Notes: generated by a model from the sequence alone, not told the origin. Shown: positions 51,001-60,599, numbered from the stretch's first letter. The stretch is DNA of 64,000 nt from Podarcis liolepis (GCA_965112155.1 OZ218101.1); one strand, 5' to 3'. Made by a program: numbers and translations.

Positions 51001-51526
51001 CAACACTCACAGAGCTCATACCTCTTTCTAATGTAGTAACATTAGCAATTTGAATTTCAGAGTCTGGTTCTGTGGTTATACCACTATTACCTATTCCTGC
51101 ATTTACCTTACTTCTTGAAAAACTGGGTGGTGAAAATTCCATCTCAGTGGCTCTGTTTTTAGGCTCTGGAAATCTTCTTTCACTGAAACTGGAATCATTT
51201 CTCTCTTGCCCCTGATTTGCTTCAGTATCTTCTTCATCATCAATAATAATAGTTTCAGTTATACTTCCCTTTTGAGAACTCAGGTCTTTTGTTGGAACCA
51301 CTGCTTTGGGGTCATTTCCGTGATGCTCTTCATTACTGGGTGAACTAAAAGCTGCATTTCTAGGATCCGTTATCAACCCTGCAGAAATCTGTGGAGGTTG
51401 CACAGGTTCAACAAATACAACATCATCGTCGTCTTCTACGGAAGGACTCTGGAACTTAGATCTAGAAACCAGAGAGTTAGATGGACAGCCGAAAGAGTTT
51501 CCTACATTGGCTAGGCCAGTTGCCAT
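2172..51526 (-). CDS. ZMYM2: Zinc finger MYM-type protein 2 (ZNF198/FIM/RAMP orthologue); spliced CDS of 22 exons, ~1332 aa
   Basis: Exon translations match ZMYM2: N-terminal SIMs ([18 protein letters not shown]), tandem MYM/FCS zinc fingers, VPVPVP proline-valine repeat, C-terminal DUF3504 ending [12 protein letters not shown]. Every junction is GT-AG and phases join to one open frame of 3999 nt. Confidence 0.98.
2393..2422. repeat. (AAC)10 microsatellite
   Basis: Seen directly. Confidence 0.95.
3092..3215 (-). CDS. ZMYM2: ZMYM2 coding exon 21 ([16 protein letters not shown]...ECYLSK)
   Basis: 124 or 121 nt (tandem TAG/AAG acceptor), GTATTG donor. Confidence 0.94.
3791..3828. repeat. 19-bp tandem duplication
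   Basis: CACATGGTTTGGCTTCAAG x2. Confidence 0.93.
4163..4414 (-). CDS. ZMYM2: ZMYM2 coding exon 20 ([23 protein letters not shown]...GTDNE), DUF3504
   Basis: 252 nt; TTACCAG acceptor, GTACCA donor. Confidence 0.97.
4714..4828 (-). CDS. ZMYM2: ZMYM2 coding exon 19 ([12 protein letters not shown]...WQPSILPD)
   Basis: 115 nt; CCTGTAG acceptor, GTAACT donor. Confidence 0.96.
5600..5751 (-). CDS. ZMYM2: ZMYM2 coding exon 18 ([13 protein letters not shown]...YYLCLGIQE)
   Basis: 152 nt; CTACAG acceptor, GTGAGT donor. Confidence 0.96.
6164..6332 (-). CDS. ZMYM2: ZMYM2 coding exon 17 ([17 protein letters not shown]...[10 protein letters not shown]...ELNS)
   Basis: 169 nt; TGGCAG acceptor, GTAAGT donor. 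Confidence 0.96.
6697..7036. mobile_element. Tc1/mariner (Tigger-like) MITE, family A
   Basis: TIR CAGTGGTGCCTCGCAAGACGAA; TA duplication on both sides. Confidence 0.9.
7579..7673 (-). CDS. ZMYM2: ZMYM2 coding exon 16 ([32 protein letters not shown])
   Basis: 95 nt; TGTACAG acceptor, GTACGC donor. Confidence 0.95.
8364..8464. mobile_element. hAT MITE (101 bp)
   Basis: CAGGG...CCCTG termini; perfect 8-bp TSD AATTAGAG. Confidence 0.88.
8891..9016 (-). CDS. ZMYM2: ZMYM2 coding exon 15 ([16 protein letters not shown]...[14 protein letters not shown])
   Basis: 126 nt; TTGCAG acceptor, GTTTGT donor; an alternative in-frame start at 8998 is possible. Confidence 0.92.
9340..9585 (-). mobile_element. 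tRNA-derived SINE (Squam3-like)
   Basis: Minus strand has box A TGGTGTAGTGG, box B GGTTCGCGTCT and a (TTC)n tail; second copy at 37823-38062. Confidence 0.85.
10283..10460 (-). CDS. ZMYM2: ZMYM2 coding exon 14 ([27 protein letters not shown]...PQELK)
   Basis: 178 nt; TACTAG acceptor, GTATGT donor; open frame, N-terminal half matches human. Confidence 0.93.
11158..11380 (-). mobile_element. Sauria SINE, 5'-truncated
   Basis: (ACCTTT)n tail on minus; GGGACCCCTGACCATTAGGTCCAG...TTTACCTTCCCGCCGGAG..GTACCTATTTATCTACTTGCAC body characteristic of Sauria SINEs. Confidence 0.85.
11718..11833 (-). CDS. ZMYM2: ZMYM2 coding exon 13 ([22 protein letters not shown]...VPVP)
   Basis: 116 nt; TTTCAG acceptor, GTAAGC donor; proline-valine repeat. 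Confidence 0.96.
11973..12102 (-). CDS. ZMYM2: ZMYM2 coding exon 12 ([23 protein letters not shown]...KSCQT)
   Basis: 130 nt; TTCACAG acceptor, GTAAAC donor. Confidence 0.96.
12934..12968 (-). CDS. ZMYM2: ZMYM2 coding exon 11, 35-nt mini-exon ([12 protein letters not shown])
   Basis: TTCCTAG acceptor, GTAAGT donor; needed to restore the phase between neighbours; matches human DQGCQTSRTKMT. Confidence 0.93.
13564..13729 (-). CDS. ZMYM2: ZMYM2 coding exon 10 ([11 protein letters not shown]...GPENLQY)
   Basis: 166 nt; TTTTTAAG acceptor, GTATGA donor. Confidence 0.96.
13870..14142 (+). mobile_element. L2-like 3' end with (TAT)n tail
   Basis: CCCTGTGATCTTTGGATGAAGGGTG.TATA.AAAT tail shared with 50047-50107 and 31220-31270. 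Confidence 0.6.
14388..14560 (-). CDS. ZMYM2: ZMYM2 coding exon 9 ([18 protein letters not shown]...QDWYYK)
   Basis: 173 nt; TTTCCAG acceptor, GTAATG donor. Confidence 0.96.
16341..16491 (-). CDS. ZMYM2: ZMYM2 coding exon 8 ([17 protein letters not shown]...PFCSE)
   Basis: 151 nt; CCATTAG acceptor, GTGTGT donor. Confidence 0.96.
17211..17456. mobile_element. Tc1/mariner (Tigger-like) MITE
   Basis: CAGTCATACCTC...GAGGTACCACTG-TA ends; CpG-rich internal palindromes. Confidence 0.8.
17960..18076 (-). CDS. ZMYM2: ZMYM2 coding exon 7 ([25 protein letters not shown]...LEWE)
   Basis: 117 nt, phase 0-0; TTTTTCAG acceptor, GTAAGT donor. Confidence 0.96.
18785..18812. repeat. (CA)14 microsatellite
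   Basis: Seen directly. Confidence 0.95.
20413..20548. mobile_element. Palindromic hAT MITE
   Basis: Long TIRs (CAGTG..GGCCAAACTTGGCCCTCCAGCTG); degenerate 8-bp TSD GTTTGCAT/GTTTACAC. Confidence 0.85.
20803..21046. mobile_element. Tc1/mariner (Tigger-like) MITE
   Basis: TA-CAGTGGTACCTT...AAGGTACCACTG-TA. Confidence 0.85.
21692..21860 (+). mobile_element. 169-bp Tc2/pogo-like MITE, family B
   Basis: TIR CCGTATTTTT-GC-C-ATAACAC-CAC, TA TSD; near-identical inverted copy at 50181-50349. Confidence 0.88.
22145..25150 (-). mobile_element. Degraded, internally deleted LINE-1-clade element
   Basis: Residual motifs in order: ORF1-like LEDQD..LNIRARGI (~24820-24760), endonuclease end DHIPL (~23700), RT LDATKGF..EW (~23110-23075), AATAAA near 22160. 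Many stops and indels. Confidence 0.7.
23789..23842. repeat. Perfect 27-bp tandem duplication
   Basis: TTAACTGGAAAAACAAGTGTAATCATG x2, inside the L1 relic. Confidence 0.95.
26265..26380 (-). CDS. ZMYM2: ZMYM2 coding exon 6 ([12 protein letters not shown]...CVAKFQ)
   Basis: 116 nt; TTTTAG acceptor, GTTAGC donor. Confidence 0.96.
27352..27502 (-). CDS. ZMYM2: ZMYM2 coding exon 5 ([23 protein letters not shown]...HAKSE)
   Basis: 151 nt; TTTTTAG acceptor, GTAAGT donor; absent from the ORF track, translated manually. Confidence 0.96.
28123..28260. mobile_element. Degraded palindromic hAT MITE
   Basis: CCAGATGTTGCTGGACTA..CTCCCATC / TGGGAGTT core; similar relics at about 29452-29580 and 38490-38625. 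Confidence 0.6.
29833..29908. repeat. 38-bp tandem duplication (2 mismatches)
   Basis: AAACTTATTGATCA.CTACTG.AACTGTTGCGGTCAAG x2. Confidence 0.93.
33132..33368. mobile_element. hAT non-autonomous element
   Basis: CAGGGGTCAGCAAACT...AGTTTGCCTACCCAT termini flanked by TCTAGAC repeats. Confidence 0.8.
36425..36637 (-). CDS. ZMYM2: ZMYM2 coding exon 4 ([19 protein letters not shown]...VSEYKQ)
   Basis: 213 nt, phase 0-0; TTTTAG acceptor, GTAACT donor. Confidence 0.97.
37557..37722 (-). CDS. ZMYM2: ZMYM2 coding exon 3 ([12 protein letters not shown]...CGKLTE)
   Basis: 166 nt; CTTTCAG acceptor, GTTTGT donor. Confidence 0.97.
37823..38062 (-). mobile_element. tRNA-derived SINE (Squam3-like)
   Basis: High similarity to 9340-9585. 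Confidence 0.85.
38690..39043. mobile_element. Tc1/mariner (Tigger-like) MITE, family A
   Basis: Same TIRs, TA TSD; opposite orientation to the copy at 6697. Confidence 0.9.
39090..39325. mobile_element. Penelope-like element remnant (inverted pLTR ends) with 12-bp TSD
   Basis: AGTGAAAACATA at 39078-39089 and 39326-39337; 82-bp inverted arms; hammerhead-type core CTGAAGA...GAAA typical of PLE termini. Confidence 0.8.
39137..39174 (-). ncRNA. Minimal type I hammerhead ribozyme motif (PLE type)
   Basis: Minus strand reads GUAU-CUGAAGA-A-GUGUG(CAUG)CACAC-GAAA-GC-UC^AUAC: stem I, core boxes, stem II, palindromic AGCU stem III and a UC cleavage site. Confidence 0.72.
40949..41234 (-). CDS. ZMYM2: ZMYM2 coding exon 2 ([18 protein letters not shown]...LCVMCKK)
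   Basis: 286 nt; TTTAAG acceptor, GTAAGG donor; first MYM finger. Confidence 0.97.
42469..42721. mobile_element. Tc1/mariner (Tigger-like) MITE, family A, short variant
   Basis: Same TIRs, TA TSD. Confidence 0.9.
44742..45054 (+). mobile_element. Rex1/Babar LINE 3' end with (ATT)n tail
   Basis: Translates [34 protein letters not shown], the typical Rex1/Babar C-terminus. Confidence 0.85.
47130..49930 (+). mobile_element. Degraded non-LTR retrotransposon (APE + RT; RTE-X-like, clade uncertain)
   Basis: S*NIVSW endonuclease start, [35 protein letters not shown] and C-terminal HVLFYCPFY motifs; frameshifted. Confidence 0.7.
47361..47497. mobile_element. Palindromic hAT MITE nested in a LINE
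   Basis: CAGGCATAGGCAAACT TIRs; perfect 8-bp TSD ATCTAAGC. Confidence 0.9.
50181..50349 (-). mobile_element. 169-bp Tc2/pogo-like MITE, family B
   Basis: Reverse complement of 21692-21860 with 7 mismatches by manual count; TA TSD. Confidence 0.88.
50752..51526 (-). CDS. ZMYM2: ZMYM2 coding exon 1 ([12 protein letters not shown]...ESATHHNP), phase-1 end
   Basis: ATG in good Kozak context (ACAATGG) at 51526-51524; donor G|GTAGGT at 50751; in-frame TGA upstream at 51577-51575. Confidence 0.93.
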
Positions 51527-51603
51527 TGTGGTAGGCCCCAATAACTCAGATGGATGTTCAGACAGCGCCAGTTTTCAGACAGCTTGTGGACCTTCCAGAA
51601 AAA
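51527..51603 (-). other. ZMYM2: 5' UTR part of the first coding exon (decayed ancestral N-terminal codons)
   Basis: Acceptor TTTTATAACAG ending at 51604; residual similarity to the human N-terminus (LALSEHPSELLG vs LELTDQTPVLLG) but no ATG and an in-frame TGA. Confidence 0.8.
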
Positions 51604-54599
51604 CTGTTATAAAAGAAAAAAAAAGCAGTTTTACTATAATACAATGGGTTTTGTGTACGTTCACCTTGAGTCATGACCTCATTTTTCAAATATCAAAATC
51701 AGATGCTTAGACCAAATTGAGTCTTAACTTATTAAGTGTCTTGATAAATTTAGAGGCCCACATACATGATATGAGCTTAAAGTTGAATTGCCAATTACAT
51801 GTTCAGCAGTGGAATCTTGCCCCATTTTCTTTTTTCTGACCTGCTTTAGAGGTTTAACATGAAAAAAGTCATAGCAAACCTTGGGTTGGTACCCTCCTCC
51901 ACAAAAATGCATGTTACCTGGATACTGAAAGCTTCCACTTTAGATTTTGAAGAACCAATTTTCTTTTCCGTTCAAATTTGGTAAATAGTGGTTTATTCTA
52001 AAAGTGTCTAGTACAAAACTAATTACAATTAGAATTGTTTCTCAAGTTTTGATGTAATGGGAAACTGCTTTATGCAAAATGAAAAGTACAAGCCTTTGGT
52101 TTCCTGCCGTTGTGTGAATAGAGGGGTTTAATAGAAGGGAAATTAAAAAGCAGGAATCATTTTGTCATTAGAAAACATCTGTTCAAACAGTTTGCTAGTA
52201 AGAAATCCATCAACAAAATGAACAAATGTGTGAAGTAAACTTCCAGTGCAGTGTGTATCTAACCAGGCTGTACTAGAAAATAAGTCTCGGAGATAAATAG
52301 ATCTTACTTCCATCTAACAACGTTCAGCAATTCACCTTCAGTCAATCCTGTTTCTACTGTAAAGCAACTTCAAGTCATACTATTAGAGAAGAGTCTTATT
52401 CACACTCCCAATCACAATGTTCATAATTTTATAAGCCTCATTTTACTCTTAATCAGTTTTTCTAAAGAAAAAACCAGATTTTGGCTACCCTTTACGATTC
52501 TGTCATTTGGAGTCTTTATATTTTTAATATTTTAAGGAGTCAGCAATAGAAATTTTCAACATATGCTAAACATGAATGTGTAATAGATTTTTAAATGGTA
52601 TTAAGATACTAGTCACTGTTATTTTTCTATGAAATATTCAACAGTGTGCCTTTTTTCTTACTACAGCACACAATTTGATTTTGATGAGCTTTCTTCCATG
52701 CACATTCCCTTATCAAAAAATATTTTTCTGAGTTTACAGCCAGCTTGGACCATATTGGTATATATTTTTGTCTCCCAACGAGCATTTACATTAAATTCAT
52801 CTGCCAATTTGTAGCCCATTCATCTACACTGGAGTGATCCTTTTGAAACACTTTTTAGTCTGCCTGAAATCACCATCCTGAATACCACTTCTATAGAGGA
52901 TTAGGTATTATCTTCTGAAACACTTACCCATTCAAGAATATGTAGCAGTAGGTTAAGCTTAAAAAGTTGCTCCAGTGCCTTGTTTGTGCTGGAAACCTGG
53001 CTCTCTCTTCCAGAGAGACTGGAGATCTCTGAAAATATGTATCCTGAAACAGATTAGATCCATGTTAAGAATGTTTATTATTCAGAAAACTTACAATATT
53101 TCAGTCCTAACCCCAAAACTAACCTAAACTTAAAAATATACCCAGTTCCATCAGGAATTGTGTCATGTTCACTAAAGCAAATGGGAGATGTATTACTTGA
53201 CAAAACTCAAGTAACATTCACATTGCCGATAAATTGCTTGGTTTGTACCATCAGTTGTGTAGAAAGAAAACTTGATAGCAACATTTACGAACAGCCACAG
53301 ATTTCAAACTATATTTCTAATAACAGATATCTTAAGGAGTCCTAGAAAAGCAGAGTACATACTAACATTAATGCATAACACTTCCAACATAACTAAGTTA
53401 TGGCCCTTAAAATTCCCAAGTAACAAATTTTCTAGATTTTGAACTGGGAAAATTCTCACTAACTAAAAAACTTCTTTTCAGAAAGTGTTTTGATTTTGAA
53501 GTTCCTTCCAAGTATCATTCTAGTTCCTTTTTACTATCGCTCTAGAAAATATAATTTTTAATGTCACTAATCTATTCTTGAATACAAATTTAGTTCCATA
53601 TTCACTCATTTCAAGAGTTAAAAAAGGAATAAGGTATTACAATGTTGGCGCAATTAGAAAGCTACCAGTCACCCAGCTATCTAGAATGCTGCAAGAACCA
53701 TTAGCATTGCTCAGAACTCATACTTGTTCCAACAATACACACATGCCCTCCAAAATATACACACCGAAAGCTGAATTCAATCTCTTCCCCGCCCCCACTG
53801 AAAGCACATTATAGAAGTGTGTGCCAACCATCTGTACCAGGGCATTCTTACTTAATATTTGCTACTAAAACACAGAAGGGGTAAGCAGCTATCAGGTTGT
53901 TTTTCAAAGGACTCAGTATCTACCTTTTCCCATCAGAAAAGGACACAAAAACAGGACATAAACATGGGACACTGCACAATTATGACCCAACTAGGAATTT
54001 ACATAGTCAAGAGAACCATCACAACAGTGACATCATATAGCTTGAGCTCCCAAATATTGGTAGTACCAGAAAATGTGGTAATACCTAGGTGCCTTAACCT
54101 TCCAAAACATTAAAACAAGTGTCAATTATTGCTATACTCTTCTAGATAGAATCCGAAACCATTTAATGCTTTTTAGGTCAAAATTTGGGCCTAGAAACCA
54201 TTTGGTAGCCTCACATATAATGCATTGCAGTAAACTAAGCTAGATGTTGCCAGAGCATAGACGACAGAAGTTAGGCTATCCCTGCCCAAATAGGGGCACA
54301 CTGGGCTATCAGCCAAAGCTGATGAACAGCATTCCTTTGGGTTTATACTTCAAATTATCTACCTGTACATTAGCAGAAAGCAGCCGGCAATTTTATATTC
54401 ATGAATTCCACTCCTATGCATGTTCAGAAGTCAGTATTACTATGTTTAACAGGGCTTACACTGGGTATATATGATGGGACTGAAGCCTTTTTACTGGTAT
54501 TTATTCATTAGCATGATCACTTTGAAGAGGACATGGCAAGGTAGGAGAATCAATCTCAAAGATGCTGAAGAGTGCTGCTTTTTATTAATGAGAAAATTA

Positions 54600-55610
54600 T
54601 AAATATTTTATATTTCTATGCCACATATCATAAAATATAGCAAGGTGTACACTTTAAAACATCATTTAAAACTAAAAATAAATGAATAAAAGTAAAATCA
54701 TTCAAGTGAACTGGCTAATCAAAGTCCTCTTCAGAAGTCAAAAGTGAAGGTGTCTGCTGAACCTCTGCTGGAAATGTTCCACAGCATGGGACCCACAACA
54801 CTAAATGCCCAACTTCTAGTTGAGGCTGACTGGAACTCTGTAAAACGGGAGACAACAAACAGCACTCCTCCATGTGATCTCAGGGATCAAGATGGGATAT
54901 AAGAAGTCAGATGGTCCTTAGGGTACCTTGGGCTCAAGTTGTTTTGTACATCAACACAAAAACCTTGAACATAGCCAAGTAGTATATGGGCAATCAGTGC
55001 AAACATTTTTAGGTGTCGCCTGTTGCTGGCCACCTGCCCCCATCAACTGTCTAGCTGGCCCAGCATTTCCCAAACTTGGGTCTCCACCTGTTTTTGGACT
55101 ACAGTTCCCATGGCAACAGGTGCTAGCTAGGAATGATAGGAGCTGTAGTCCAAAAAACAGCTGGGGACCTGTTTGGGAGACACTGGTTTGGCCACTTAAT
55201 TCTGAACCAGCTGGAGCTTCCAGACAAGGCCCTAACACAAAGCACATTGAGTAATCGTCTTGGGGATACTATAGCAAAGCTATCCGAATCATTACAGCCA
55301 TGGCTGGCACACCAAACTAAGGGTCACTTGGGCCCTGAATGAGAAATATGTATTTACGCGTACCCCCAAGCCATGCACCTGTTCCTTTAGAGGGAGCGCA
55401 ACCCAACCCAGAACAGGTAACTCTCCTATCGTCTGGACAATGGAACCACCCAAAGCCTCCGTCTTCCCATAACTGTTTGTTGGCTGTCATCCAGTCCACC
55501 ACTGCATTAAGGCACTAGCCCAGAGCTTGCAGCCTCTCGATTTAAATGTTATGAAGAAATAGAGCTATGTGCCATCAGCGTGCTGCTAGCACTGTGCTCC
55601 CAAATATCTA
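54600..55610 (-). mobile_element. L2 LINE fragment
   Basis: Degenerate C.QHAD.T.LYF (YADD region) at about 55593-55555, followed by L2-like 3' sequence. Confidence 0.65.
55061..55185. mobile_element. Palindromic hAT MITE nested in an L2 fragment
   Basis: Same GGACTACA..TCCCA / TG(G)GAG.TGTAGTCC core as the other hAT MITEs; degenerate TSD. Confidence 0.75.
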
Positions 55611-57146
55611 ATGTTTGGCTTCACATTTTTAAAATATTTTAAGCATGGTTTATTAATTGTTGTCCTATCTTTTAATAGAAGAGCCTCCATGGAAAGTCTT
55701 TTTGAGTGGGAAACATGTTAGGCACTAATAAAAAGTATCACTCTTCAGCATGTTTGAGATTGAGACCCCTTTTTGGTCATTTCTATTGGATGCTTTGTTT
55801 TTCATGTCTATTTTTGAAGAGAAGTCACTGGGTTTAATTCCTTTTTTAATCCTTGTGTTATAGCTGTAAAATGGAACTAGTAATGCTGCCATGTGAAAGA
55901 TTTGACCTGCAGTTTACAGCTTAGCTCATTTTCTTGAATTATCTGTTTTGTGTGTCAATCAGTGCCCTGGATTGACCAACTGTCCTTGTTTAAGCTTTAC
56001 TGCCACCATCTATTATATATTTTGGGAAATAGCTTGTATCTGTCCTCAGTCATCACCAAATTTGGCGTGAGGGTTCCCAAGGCGGAGCCAGCAGTCTTTG
56101 TCAATGTTTAGTCAGCAGCCACCATTTTGAATCAAGATGGCAGACCAAAATGTCACTTTGGCATGTCTTCACCAGCCCACGCATGGATTCAGGGTCAAGC
56201 CAGGTGTTCCCTGAGTTGGGTGGGTGGATGCACACCCCCCTAAATCATGCCGTTACACCATCCATTTAAAAATCATGATTTTATTTTTTTGTTTCTTTGA
56301 ATTCTTAGGCAGCGCCAGGCACTCCCTGCTAATCTCAAAGTACCGGTAAGTGTTTTCTATCATGTCACTATTCCACATGCTGTACATGCAACTTGTCATG
56401 TCCACAGGTAGGCTCACTTTTAGTTTCCACTTTGTGCTTGTGACAGTTTCATTCTACGAAGCATTACGTTGTACTGATGCAGCCTGTTAGGTGTGAACAG
56501 TTCTTCTTGGTTACAAGATACTTAAATACATCCAATACCATGTTTAGCAACCTCCCTCATCCACTCTACCAGGTTCAACCTTCCCTAAATTGCCATTTTG
56601 TGACTACAGCTCTGGTTTTTTTAAAAAAGTAAAATTAGTTGCCCAACTAAAATTAGACTGCCAACTATCTTAACTGTACATACATGATTGTGATTAAATG
56701 TTGAAATAAATAAATCACAAAAGGTTTAATCTTTGTGCAAACTACCCAATACATTCAGTTTACATATGATCTTGAAGTACAGTGCAGGGATAAAGCTGTA
56801 ATAAAGTGTGAGAATTTAAATGTTGAGCAACTTCCCACAAGTTAAGCATTCATGTTCATGAAGCCTGAGAGAGCAATTTGTTGATTAAAAAATAATAATC
56901 TACTTTTTGCAATGTAATCAGTGGAACAATTGTACTGTTTTATAATTAGAATGTAGTTTCAGCCTTATGTTATAATTGATGACCAAGCAGATTTGTGTTT
57001 TTAGGAATGAGCATATAGCAAAGTTAAAATTTTGAAGAAATATGCTTCATGTGGCCAGAGGTGTAATTTCTGCTACTTATTAACACACAACTTTTCATAC
57101 CTACAGCAACTACGATGCAATATGGTGACAGTAAGTTTCAGACAGT

Positions 57147-57300
57147 CAGTGTGGCATAGTGGAAAGAAAATTGGCTTTAGCCCTGCTTTCAATCCCCAGC
57201 AGTCTTCAAATACCTGCTAAAGCATGATGCTAACTGAGAGACCTTGGGCTAGTCAGTGTCCCTCAGCCTAACCTACCTCACAGTGTTAGAGGATAAAACA
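57147..57300 (+). mobile_element. Old tRNA-derived CORE/Squam3-like SINE
   Basis: CAGTGTGGCATAGTGG head; GACCTTGGGCTAGTCA...CTCAGCCTAACCTACCTCACAG core. Confidence 0.6.
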
Positions 57301-60300
57301 GAATATAAGTATCTATCTTAAACATCAGATTATTCTGTCCATTTTGACTTGCTGCCATTTCTCCAGGGTCTCAGGGCAGACATCACCTGCTACCTGACTC
57401 TTTTTAATCAAAGATGCCAGAGACAGAACTTGGGTACAAAGCATGAGCCATACCACTGACCTATGCATGAAGTCCTTGGAGTAAGAGTAAGATAAGAATT
57501 AAATAAATAATGGTTTTCACTGGCAAAACCTAGTTACTTCATTGACAGAAAAAGCACACAAAACATTTGTACTACTCCATTACATTTGTACTCTCAATAC
57601 AACAAGAAAACTTGTATGATCTCTGGTATCACTGTAGTCCTAGCCAATCATTTTAGAAATATTGGCAATTATTCACTCCCAAGTTTAAATTTGATTACCT
57701 AATGATACACAAGGCAAAATCAGCCGAAGGTGGCCCTTTTAAAAAGTGTTACCTCCAGGCAAATAGATGTAGTTATCTTGTGACATGGAAGTTATCAACC
57801 AAGATGTCTCACTTCCAACATAACCCTGAACACCTCCATAAATCAGTTTTTCTCTCTCTCCCTTGTTTATATGCCACTTTCCAACAAGTAGTTCTCAAAG
57901 TGGTTTACATATTAAAAGATGTGTGGCAAACATGTTTCAGTAAAGCTATTTAGTCTTCACAGGGATGACTGTCATCCATGCAACTTTCAGAAACTGTAAC
58001 TTAATAGATTCCAATAGACATCTAGACGCATGCAGCAAATGTCAGTTCCACATAAAATGTCTACAAAGAAATGCCACTGCATTTACTTTTAATTCCCTAT
58101 CTCTAAACTCCAAATGTTATACTAGAAATGGGCCTAAAATTGAGTGGTGAAAAAAGCAGATTTTTCCCAAGAGCTACTTTTATATACACAAAGTTATTCA
58201 TCTTAAGCATTTCTATTCACTTCATTCAGTGCCTTATCCAACTATTAATTTTATGTAGCCAGCTCTTTATACTACTACTCCTGTTGGGAATTTCCCACTA
58301 CACAGTAATGAAGTATCTTAAAACTACCAAAAACGTGTTTTGTGGGGCCATCTATTACATTTCAAATGAAGAGTCTAGTAAAATAAAATGTACCAAAATA
58401 ATTAAGTCGCAAGACACTTACAGTGTAAGAACTTCTGTACTACACAAGTAACTGTCAATGCAGAAGACTTGAATTCAACTGGCCTTTCTGTCACAGAATA
58501 AGTATAGTGTTGCAACCTTAATGTCCCAGTACCAATCACTTACTTGTTTGCCCCAGTGACACTTAGGACCAGCTTTCATGAGACAGTCTATACTTGATTT
58601 GCTCAGTTAAATTGGTGGCGTATGCATAACTGCACCAATTCATGCAACACCATTTATACTTTAAAATTTACCAATAACGATGTCTGTATCATCAACACCT
58701 ATGTGAAGATACACCAATGGCTCTTCTATGCAAACCTATCACAAGATGATCACATGGGAGCCACCTCAGATATGAATGGGTCCCATATGCCAAATGGCAT
58801 TGACTCAAGTCTTGCCTGTTAGAATTTTTAGTCCTTTAGTATATGTTCTCCTATTTTATTGTTCTGAAGTAAGCAGTGTGTCGACTACACCTCTCATCTA
58901 AACATGTCTTACTTGGAAATACATCCAAGTTATTCTTTTTCAATATAGCCTATTTTTAAGCACGCATGCTTAGATCCCCAGTTTAAAGAAGTCTATGTAC
59001 TATGGTTTAATTCTGCAGCTGAAACCCTTCAGAGCTGACCAAACCTTCTCTCTGAAGACTTGTACAAAACAAATTTCCATTCACCTTCAATTCTGGTATT
59101 TCTTTTATGCTGCTTGGGAAGTATTTATTAACCATTTATAATTTGTTCAAGTCATCCTTTAGTATTTATGATCCTGCTGGAAGTTGTCAGAAATCACAAA
59201 TCAGGAAAATAGTTGGGGGTCTGCAACCCTGTTTTCCATTACAATTTAATACACATTCATTTTCACATTTATGTGATTTTTTCACAGGTTATTTGAGCAA
59301 TTCTACTAAAGTCTGCACAAAGCTATTTACCATACAATCTTCCTCATGCTCTTGAAAAACTTGAGAAATTAGAATTGTGAGTCAATCTGCTGGGAGGTTT
59401 TTGCCTGCACCCTTAAAGTTTAAGGCTTAAACCAGTCGCTCTAAAGACAGCTTAAAAATCAGCACCCCCCTCATCCTCTGAGTAAACTAACACCTTGCAT
59501 AAAGTATACTCCTCCTGATCTTTCTCCCTAATTTCTATGTGAATAATGGACAAGGAATGCTGATCTTGGATCATGCAATACCCATGTTTGCCTCCTGCAA
59601 ACTAAAAAGTGAAATGCTACCAATGGATTCCTGCAGCGGCCTCTAGTAAGAGACCCTTAACAAGCAACTATTGATCACTTTCAGTCTCCAGATGATGGGT
59701 CACGGCATAAACTGCTCTATTAGGTTTGCCCTCACAGAGCTACTTCGCCACTTAGTGTAAAGAGCTGAAATTACTAAGGGGAAGAGAAGGGGGCTAACTG
59801 CAGCCATCTCAGAATGTAAGAAAAGGATGGTTCTTCGCTGACTTTGCAATAGCCTTGAAAAAATTCACTCAAACGAGACACAACCGATGGGATTCTCAGA
59901 TAGCATCAGGATTTAAAGGGAAATGGGGCAAATAATACGTTTGTCCTTAGCAGAGAAACACATGAAAATGTCCATTGTGTCCAACTGTATCTTCTTCCCC
60001 ACCTCCATGCCTAAGCAAATCCGCCTGAACGAGAAATAAAACGTGTGATCCAGAACACACTTCGCTCAGGACTGGATTATTTTAAGTCGTCTCCCTCTCG
60101 CCGGCCAGAGAAGTCAGGTAAGGTTGCAGGGATTCGGAATTGCGAGGGAATTAATTCGAAATCTGGTTAAATGTGCGCTTTAATATACGCTCCAAAACTC
60201 TAGAGGGCACTCGAAAGATACCCTCTCCATTCCCCTCCCCCGCGCGGCCGAGCCGGGTAAGGCGAGCGGCAGGAGCCCGTCGTCTGCTTGCGGGTGTTGG

Positions 60301-60540
60301 TATTGCAGGAGCGATGTCTGCAGCAGAGCCCACCCCGGGGGGAGGAGTCGCCTCACGGCCATTACCGGGGCTTTGCTCCAGGGCAGCAGCTGCTGCACCC
60401 AACAACCCCCCCTTTTACCCTGGAAGCACCTCCTCTTAACCCCCCCACCCATCCGCTCCTCGTGCCAAAAAAAAGGGGGGAGAAGGATGATCTACCTCCT
60501 GCTCCTCCCCAAGGCAGAAAAACATATAAATAGCACTCAC

Positions 60541-60599
60541 AATGGAGCTCCTTCTCCTTGCGAGGCTCTTGCCAAGGCTGCACCAAACTGGCCTGGAGC
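60541..60599 (-). other. ZMYM2: Probable non-coding 5' UTR exon of ZMYM2 (59 nt)
   Basis: Strong acceptor CCTCTTCTCCCTAG|G and consensus donor |GTGAGT inside the CpG island. Confidence 0.55.

Noticed and set aside
50657-51541. ORF-track protein starting MGPTT and ending ...FFHF
   Set aside because: The start is a TTG and the tail reads through the splice donor at 50751; the real coding part is 51526-50752.
51500-51603. ZMYM2 as a pseudogene because of the upstream TGA
   Set aside because: The remaining ~1332 codons are open with intact splice sites and strong conservation.
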